This document shows, piece by piece, positions 55,681 to 64,000 of a DNA stretch of 64,000 nt. The first letter of the stretch is position 1; every line of letters begins with the position of its first letter. The position numbers and the translations under genes were made by a program. Below the pieces are notes generated by a model. It did not search any database, was not told the DNA's origin, and saw only the letters and a list, made by a program, of their open reading frames with translations. The DNA lies in assembly GCA_964016885.1 (NCBI GenBank), contig OZ024745.1:132370001-132434000 (forward strand). Reading direction: 5' to 3'. The DNA is from Eledone cirrhosa (lineage: Eukaryota).

Positions 55681-57465
55681 TGTGCATGTGTTTATGTGTG
55701 TGTATATGTGTGTGTGTGTTAGTGTTTGTGTGTGTATGGGTGGGTATGTGTGTGTGTGTGTGTATGTATACATGGAGGCCCTACTTGCAAAACATATCGA
55801 ACGCAATAGTTTCAGAATGACGTCGTGTTCCTATTGATTTTCGTAGATTAAGATTACATGCTATTTAATTTCTGCGTTTGTTTCAAGCATATATATATAT
55901 ATTTTGCTACTGGGCGTCGTTTTATCTATACATTACATTGAAATTTTCTTTGGTCTGGAAGTTATATTAATTTTCAGAGTCTAATGAAGCAAACTTCAAA
56001 ATCGTTAGAAGTCAATGAAATAATTTTGAAACATAGAGATGCTACTGATATAATTTGGCAATGAATGACTTAAGAAATACTCTTTAACTATTTGAAATAA
56101 GATGAAAGCTTCTCAAATAAAAGACAAACCTCATAAAGTTCTTTTATTACAATAACGCGCACGAACATATACGTATTCACACATATACATGTATTTAATG
56201 TATTTATGCATATGTGTTCCTAAGTGTATACACTAAATTGATATGTTTGATTGTGATTTAAGAAATGTGCACCCCCACACACACATACACACACAAACAC
56301 AGACAATTATATATGCGTGTGTGTGTATGTGTGTGTATATGTATGTGTGTGATGGTATATTTTAACATTTATTATGTGTTATTATTGGTTCAATCATTAA
56401 CAAACAAACAGCACATAAAATGCATTACATCCGATACCTACAAGCTGTAGAAAACTCAAAGACAAAATGATCTCATAAAATAAAGTATGAAATCTATTCA
56501 GCCCATCCATAGACTAATATTAGCAAGAGAAACTCTAAAATCAAAATAATAAATTACACCCATATAGCTGACAAAGAAATTACTAATTACCAATGTGATT
56601 TACAAATTTGATTGTAAACAGGAAGTGTCTAAACAGCAAGAGTGTAACACTATTATTAGTTATAAGCACCATACGCCCATACCAACTTAAATTGTATTTA
56701 TAACAAAGGGAATGGAGATTTCTCACAGGCTCTTGAGGATCATAGTTCTATGGATTAAACATTTTGTTTTCATTCAAAGATTTTGAAAACTGTGGATAGA
56801 AAGAATATGTTGCATCATAAGTCTAAATGCCATTTATGGAAAATAACTCTGGTATCGTTTTCAAGCAATATATGTATATTCATATAATATAGTTGAACAA
56901 ATTTGTATAGCTGAGGTTATCGTTGAAGTAAAAATCAAACGACCTTCCTAGCTGTATTTAAAGTCTATGATATTCTCATATTTTATATATGTAAGACTGA
57001 AACGTATGTTTATTTCCTTCAGCCCTATTATTGATATTCAAAAGCAACGTCGTTATTTTCATTCTATTTCTATATATATACTTATAACCGCCATGTTTAG
57101 TAAAGTGGAGACAATAGACATCACTATTAAGATGTTATAATATTGACTAATATCTGTTGTTTCCCCTAGGCGGCTTTCAAGACAAGGTCCCCTCATAAAG
57201 ACATTATTCTTTACACTAAAATTTGTATTAGCTGACATTACGGGAGGTGTTCAGTTTTAGATTTAAAAAAAAACATATAATTAAAAGGATATTTCAGTTA
57301 ACTCAAAGTTTTCAAATTATTATATTACATATATAAACATCAGCTCAAATTCTGTTGTGAATGTTGTGCTGCCCTTTAAACAATGAAGTACATTCTAACG
57401 GTGTCAATTTCTCATAACTTAGTCAGGAGTAGTAGCACCTATGGTCTCTTTCCAGAGCTCTCTAG

Positions 57466-57573
57466 ACTGCTAAGGTCACAATATTTCATGTTATCAATGA
57501 CCAGGTGGAGTTGCTAAACTGGATGTCTGGTAAATCTATTATCAAACGATCACACTTTGCCAATCTTCTGCAG
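57466..57573 (+). other. Candidate 108-nt phase 0-0 exon with a GC donor
   Basis: ctctctag|ACT...CTGCAG|gcaagt; TAKVTIFHVINDQVELLNWMSGKSIIKRSHFANLLQ; no homology recognised. Confidence 0.18.
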
Positions 57574-58018
57574 GCAAGTGGTAATTTATTATGGTACATG
57601 CTAACATATAATCTGTGGTTTTTGTATATTAAAGTTATATTAACTTAACTTAGTGTGATATTAGAGTGAATATAATAAATAAGCTTGAGAGAGAGGGATC
57701 CAGAGATGAGAAGTGGAATACAGACAAAGCGAAAGGATAACATAGGCACGGCACATTGAAATGGAAGGTGTAGCTTACTCTGAAAAGATGCAATTATTTT
57801 TGTGAACTGTATACTACAAAATAGTTTAAAATACAGTATGGCTGATAGTTGAGACTCTGTCTAATTATGAAATGCGAAAAACGCTCATAATTATAGCCAC
57901 ATCGTATTATGCTTTCTTACCCAATATCCCATACTGTTACTGTATCATGATGTGAAATGTACATATCGCTGTATACTATAACCTGTATTTACACAGACGC
58001 ACACGCACACACACACAT

Positions 58019-58106
<88 letters not shown>

Positions 58107-58726
58107 TTAGAAGGTAAAGGGACACAAACAAGAGATGGACATTTTCCCTTCATCAGTTTTCTACTATGGGTTACAGGTGCTTCAGCGCGTTATAGACAAT
58201 ACATCTATCCGTAGCGGGCCCATAGCTTTTAATCAATAAAAAAACTATGAAGGAAAGAAGCGATAGAGAAAAGAAAGACAGAAAGAAAAAATAGAGAAAA
58301 AAAGGAAACTAAAAAGGAAGGAAATATACCAATAGAAGGGGGAAACACAGGACAATGGCACATGTAAGTAAGTAACCGAGAGGAGAGAGAGGACAAAGTT
58401 AAAAAAATGCAGTTGGGTTTACGCAAAGGGGCCCTATTAACAGCAGAGAGATGAGAGAAACATGTATATTCTCAGTGAAAGATGGCGGAAAGAGAAAGAA
58501 AGACGGAGGAAACGGAAGAGGCAAGGTGGTCGTTAAAATAAAGTACCAGTAAACACTGGCGATGAATTAAAGGACTCTATCTCCCTTAAAATTGTTGACC
58601 GAGTACCAAAATCAGAAGCCATTTTTATATTAAGTGGAATAGATATTTGAATGAAGAAATATTTACGAAATACAGGATTAATTAAAAAAGAATTGTATAC
58701 AGAATACAGGTTCCATATGATACATT

Positions 58727-58915
58727 AATTGTTTCTACATTTGGGACAAGGCCAGCAATTATCCAGTACGTTACTGGTACTTAATTTTATCGACCCCGTA
58801 AGGATGAAAGACAAAGTTAACGCCGGCGGGATTTGAACTCACAATGGCAAGGGCCGTAACTCTATGCGTGAAAGCGTGACGTCCGACCCTCTACCGATAC
58901 TGCCAATCCACGGCC
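58727..58915 (-). mobile_element. tRNA-derived SINE, full length
   Basis: Family match. Confidence 0.92.
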
Positions 58916-59147
58916 CCTTTCATCACATGCCCTTTCACATCCCTGATTAGACTATATTCATGATACATTAATTGTTTCTACTTATATAGTCTAATCAGTG
59001 ATGTGAAAGGACATGTTGTTCCACGTTGCTACTGCTTTGTCTGATTATGTGTATGAAAACTCTATATTGATGATTGCATTTTGTATGTGATCGATTACTT
59101 CAAGAGGAAAACTGATGATAGTAGTACACGTCATATTGAAAATATTA

Positions 59148-59330
59148 TAATTGTTTCTACTTTTGGCACAAGGACAACAATTACCCCAGTGTATTACTGG
59201 TACTTTATGTTATCGACCCCGTAAGGATGAAAGGCAAAGTTAACCTCGGGGGTAAATCAGACCGCAAAGGGCTGTAACTCTATGCTGCAAAGCATAGCTT
59301 CCGACCCTCTCCCGATACTGCCAATCCACG
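59148..59330 (-). mobile_element. tRNA-derived SINE
   Basis: Family match. Confidence 0.9.
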
Positions 59331-59365
59331 AACCTTTTGAAATATTGAAAGATTGAAAATAGCAT

Positions 59366-59473
59366 AATTGTTTCTACCTTTAGCATAAGGCCAGAAATTA
59401 AACCAGTGCATTACTGGTACCTTATTTTGTCAACCCTATAAGGATGAAAGGCAAAGCTTACCTCGGCGGGATA
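59366..59473 (-). mobile_element. tRNA-derived SINE, truncated
   Basis: Family match. Confidence 0.88.
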
Positions 59474-59819
59474 TCATAATACCATTAAAACATTGTTATT
59501 TGTGAGAATGCAGTACATAACTTTGAGCGGGATATAGGTTGACTCGGAACTGGTATTTGACTGTTCCTTATTATATCAACTACAGCACGAACATATTTGA
59601 ACTCAGGGTGTAAATAAATTCCTAAATAAGTACCAAAATATTAAAAATAAATATAAAAACAGACACACACAAATACATACACAAATATACACGCAGATAT
59701 CTTTATATATATGTGTGTATATCTATTTATATCTATTGCATTTCAACACATAAACATATGCTTATAGTATGACACTTCATTCTTCACACTCATACATATA
59801 TGAATACTGTATATGAATA

Positions 59820-59880
<61 letters not shown>

Positions 59881-59881
59881 G

Positions 59882-59914
<33 letters not shown>

Positions 59915-60945
59915 ATATGTATATATACATACACACACACACCCACATATATATATATATATATATATTTACACACATATATATATAAATTATAAATATA
60001 TCTATATATATATATGTATAGATGTGTGTGTGTGTATGTATATATCTATATCCGTGTCTGCGTGTGCGTAAGTGTTTGTGTGTGTATGTTAGTGTGTGTG
60101 TGCATGTGTGTGAATGTTAGTGTTTATGTGTGTATTTACATACCTATATGGGGTATTGTTTATTTATTTTCTGTTTAACAATATATACCCGCTTGCTGTT
60201 TGTATATGTTTATATAAGTTATACAATATCATATTTGTCTTACACTGCCTGACTTTTTGTTCCTACGTAAATATGAATTATTGCGTGTCATAAGACGAAT
60301 TCTTATTCACAAAAGAAAACAATAAATATATTGCTTCAAAATAACAATCCAACCTGATATGAAACACGAGTTGTATTGTCAATGAAGCTCCAAAGAAATT
60401 AGTTGGTTATGGAAGAAATGGAAAACAAAATATTTTGATTGAAAACCAGATAATTATTTAATGTTCATTATTCTTTTGCTACTCTTGCACTAATTAGTAT
60501 GATTATATTTCTAACAACGTCTGTTTTTGATTCTCTTCTGGGAAAATACTGGAAATTCTTTGTTTTATCTTCATTTACAAATGTGTTCTTGTGGGTTGTA
60601 TGAAGATTCATCGTGTCATCTATGGTATGCGTATGTGTCTGCATATTTCTAACTGCTCCTATGATAGTGTTTGGTTGTCTGTTTTTGTGTATTTCCATGG
60701 CGGTGTAACCGTATTATCAATATTAGTAAGATAGATTTGATTAAGGGAAAATACCTTCATAAATACAGAGAGAAAATATTGGCGCAACGCAGTCCTAGGC
60801 ATATCTCTAAAGAGGAGAGAGTGAGGTCACAAGTAGAGTACTTTCCATTTTATGTCTGCTCAATCGGAGCCGACATAGAGCTAGACAACGAGATCAGGTG
60901 TAAGCAAATAAACCTAATGAATATAAGTGACCATGCACCCCACCC

Positions 60946-61013
<68 letters not shown>

Positions 61014-61055
61014 ATGTGTGTGTTAGCAGAGTATATATATTTTATACAGAAATGG

Positions 61056-61102
61056 CTTCTACAGAACTAGAACTATTTCATTCGAAGGAAATCATCAGGA
61101 AA
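61056..61102 (-). ncRNA. Type I hammerhead ribozyme (family of 25578)
   Basis: TTTC-CTGATGA-T-TTC cttc GAA-T-GAAA-TAG ttctagtt CTG-T-A|GAAG. Confidence 0.8.
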
Positions 61103-61246
61103 GGTGCTTTAATTAGAGAAAGCTGGTTGATTGAAAATCCCCCGACATTTACATAACAGATGTCAAGCACTCAACGGTTTATGTTTATCCGGAGTTTTCT
61201 TATAATAATAAACAAGTAAGACGGTTACGTTAGTACATCCCTATTT

Positions 61247-61319
61247 ATTTTATTATACGTATTTCAAAGACGTGTGGCTTTTGTATAACATCTGCCAAAG
61301 TGTTCTCTTCAGATAAAAT
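61247..61319 (-). ncRNA. Type I hammerhead ribozyme
   Basis: ATTTTAT-CTGAAGA-[imperfect stem II, TGGC/GCCA]-GAAA-TACGTA-T-A|ATAAAAT. Confidence 0.75.
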
Positions 61320-61969
61320 CAACAGGAGATGTAAATACCCGTTGATACGCTATCGGTTACATGAGTTGTTCGGCGACTGGTCAGCATATGCCTGGACAGA
61401 CTTCATGCAGTAGAACTAGTATGAGTGGAGGATATATCTTACAGTTGCCGATGCTGTTTTTGAACTGGTTAGCGTATCAGGTTACCGGATTCGTCAATTA
61501 GTTCAAAGGGAAGCATTTATGGACTGTTAATCTATTTTTTCTCTTGTGCTAGATTTAATTCACTTACATACTATTTCAAATTTTAGATATTTATCCATAG
61601 ATGCTGACGTTATAATGTAACTATATATTAAAGAATTTTGAATTACTTATTTCACACTCTATTAACTTTATTTACGTTTTAACTAAATACCCTATGAAAT
61701 GACTTATTGATTTTGTGCTAAATATTTCTGATTGTTTATTCACAATTTTATATCTATTGTTTATGATGTGGAGAATCTCTGTGGTACAGAAACCACACCC
61801 TTTAGATATAGAAGCATTTGTGTATGGAAAAGTGTATGAGAGTTTTGGCAAAAAAGTGAGTATTCCACATTATTATTTTAAAGCGATAAAATCAGTTCTG
61901 ACAGGGCCATGCTACATCTTTTATCTTCTCTTTTAAATGAATGACGATGGTTGTACCACCTTTCTTCAT

Positions 61970-62003
<34 letters not shown>

Positions 62004-62117
62004 CGTATGTAAATGCACATGCATATGTTTGCGTGTGTATATATATATACATATATGTATATGTGTATATGCGTATATGTATGTACGTGTGTGTGTATAT
62101 GTACGTTTATATATGTA

Positions 62118-64000
62118 TGTCCTGGGGGGCTTCAATGTACATCTGAGTAAGGAGATCAGTGGAGATCCGTGCTGGTACTTCCATAACAACACCAACCGAA
62201 ATATAAGACTACTGGAGGCGAACTTGATGGCAACCAACCTACAATTAAGGTAGAATCTGGGGGAGATGTGGACCTACATCTCAGATATGCACCTGTCCAA
62301 GTCCCAGATTGATTTCATTCTTTTTAGGAAAATATGTCGGAATAGTGTTCTGAACACAGAACCACACAACTATTTATGTACCCTGGGCAGTGACCACCGG
62401 CTTGTCATAAGTGGGGTCCGGGTGAGCTTAAGAAAGAGCAAGGCTCAACCCCGGAGAGCAATCTATGACTAGGGAGCTTTCAAGATAGATAATAAGCTAC
62501 AGAAGAGGTTCACAATGGAAGTGAGGAACACGTTGAGTGCTCTATGTGGAGAGGCAGAGGAGAGAGAGATTGGAGGGACCGAGGAGAGTGTAACGAGGAG
62601 GTACGGGTACTAATGCAGTGGTGGAAGCAAGTGAGACCCTGCTGCCGAGGAGAAAGAAGAGGAAGCATGTCAGCTCTGCAGACCCAAAAGCGTGTGCAAC
62701 CAGATAACACATGAACGCTGCCAAGGACCAATTCTATGCTGATCCTATTGAGGAGAGGAAAGAGAATATGGAGGTGATAAGGGAAGAGTTCTGTACCGCT
62801 TACACTGAGGCCAGAGAGGAGGCGCTGATAGAGAAGTTCAGAAGTGTGGGGAGACCGGTGGACAGGTCCGGGTAAGGAGAGCTGGATGATCATCAGCGAG
62901 ATCACAAGGAGGAAGAGAAGGGTTTTGAGTCAGATCCAGGGAACAGGGCCCAAGCATAGGACGAAGAAATGTCTGGACCATTTTAGGACCCTCCCAGCCC
63001 AGAACACTGGCGAGTTCGGGCGGCTGTTTGAGCAACTGAATATTGAGACAGGACCCTTCACCAGTGAGGAGCTATAGAGAGCTAAGAATAAGATCAAGGA
63101 GGGCCAGGCAAATGGAGAAGATGGAGTGGCATCAAAGGTGATGAAGAGGTATGATTTTGATGATATCATCCTGGAGTTCTGTAACCAGGCACTGGAGAAA
63201 GGAGTTGCCCCGAATCACTGGAGGATCAGTAACATCGTCCCAGTGCCAAAGAAGGGAGATCTCTCTAATACCAACAGCTACAGGGTGATCTCACTGACAT
63301 CACTTGTTGCAACGACCCTCAACAAGATGATTCTTAACAGGATACAGCCCGAGAGGGAGAAGAAGCTCAGGGACAACCAGAACGGCTTCAGAGAGGGAAG
63401 ATGAACCACCAGTCAGATCCTGACGCTGAGGTGGATATTAGAGGGAGCTAGAACAAAGTGCCTTCTCGCGGACATGGTTTTCATTGACTTTAGGAAGGCA
63501 TTTGATTTTGTGGATCGTCACTGCCTGATGAAGATCTTACAGGCTTATGGAATCCCCAGGAAGATAGTCGACCTGATATCACTGTTCTACACCAACACCA
63601 GAGCCCAAGTCATTACACCTGATGGGATGACAGAGTTCTTTGAGTTACTGGCTGGAGTGCTCCAGTGAGATACATTGGCTCCCTACCTTTTTATCATCGC
63701 AGAGGTCTAGTGTATGTGCCTTGTGCTGGAGAAACACCAGGACTCTGGCTTTACTGTAACACTGGCTCATAGCAGAAGAGTTAAGGCGAAAAAAATATCA
63801 GATGCTGAATGTTCCGACGGCATAGTTCTGGTGAGAAAAACAGTGAAGGATACAGAGGAGTTGATGCAGGAGGTGGAGACTGTGTCGATGAGTGTGGGGC
63901 TGAGAATGAATGAGATTAATATGAAGTATCTGGTAGAAAACATTGAGAAGCCAGAGAAGATTATGAATGTAGGTGGGAAGCCGCTAGAATTGGTTGAGGA
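62118..64000 (+). mobile_element. Decayed RTE/RTE-X-like LINE (endonuclease C-half and RT), runs off the window end
   Basis: LGGFNVHL, SQIDFIL, LGSDHRLV, IVPVPKKGDLSNTNSYRVISL, NQNGFREGR, FIDFRKAFD, GVLQ*DTLAPYLF. Confidence 0.95.

Overview
AT-rich, microsatellite-dense eukaryotic DNA. The tRNA-derived SINE family suggests an octopus or other coleoid genome (inference, not searched). It is probably intronic or intergenic, and I find no confident host gene; nearly all listed ORFs are microsatellite read-through. Recognisable elements are a decayed Helitron with a nested non-autonomous Helitron and a SINE, a near-full-length decayed RTE LINE ending in three C2H2-like fingers, RTE-X, Tx1 and R4/Dong-like fragments, a Naiad-type Penelope (GIY-YIG) fragment, a solo LTR carrying a 32-bp array, and about 12 SINE copies. 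The main signal is more than 15 type I hammerhead ribozyme (HHR) motifs, about 10 with intact or near-intact cores, from many unrelated sequence families. They sit in short Penelope-pLTR-like elements beside (TA)n tracts, and many form fold-back inverted repeats. In several fold-backs one arm keeps the ribozyme while the other has lost it, and two junctions fall at or within 1-2 nt of the predicted self-cleavage site. All coordinates and folds were read by eye.
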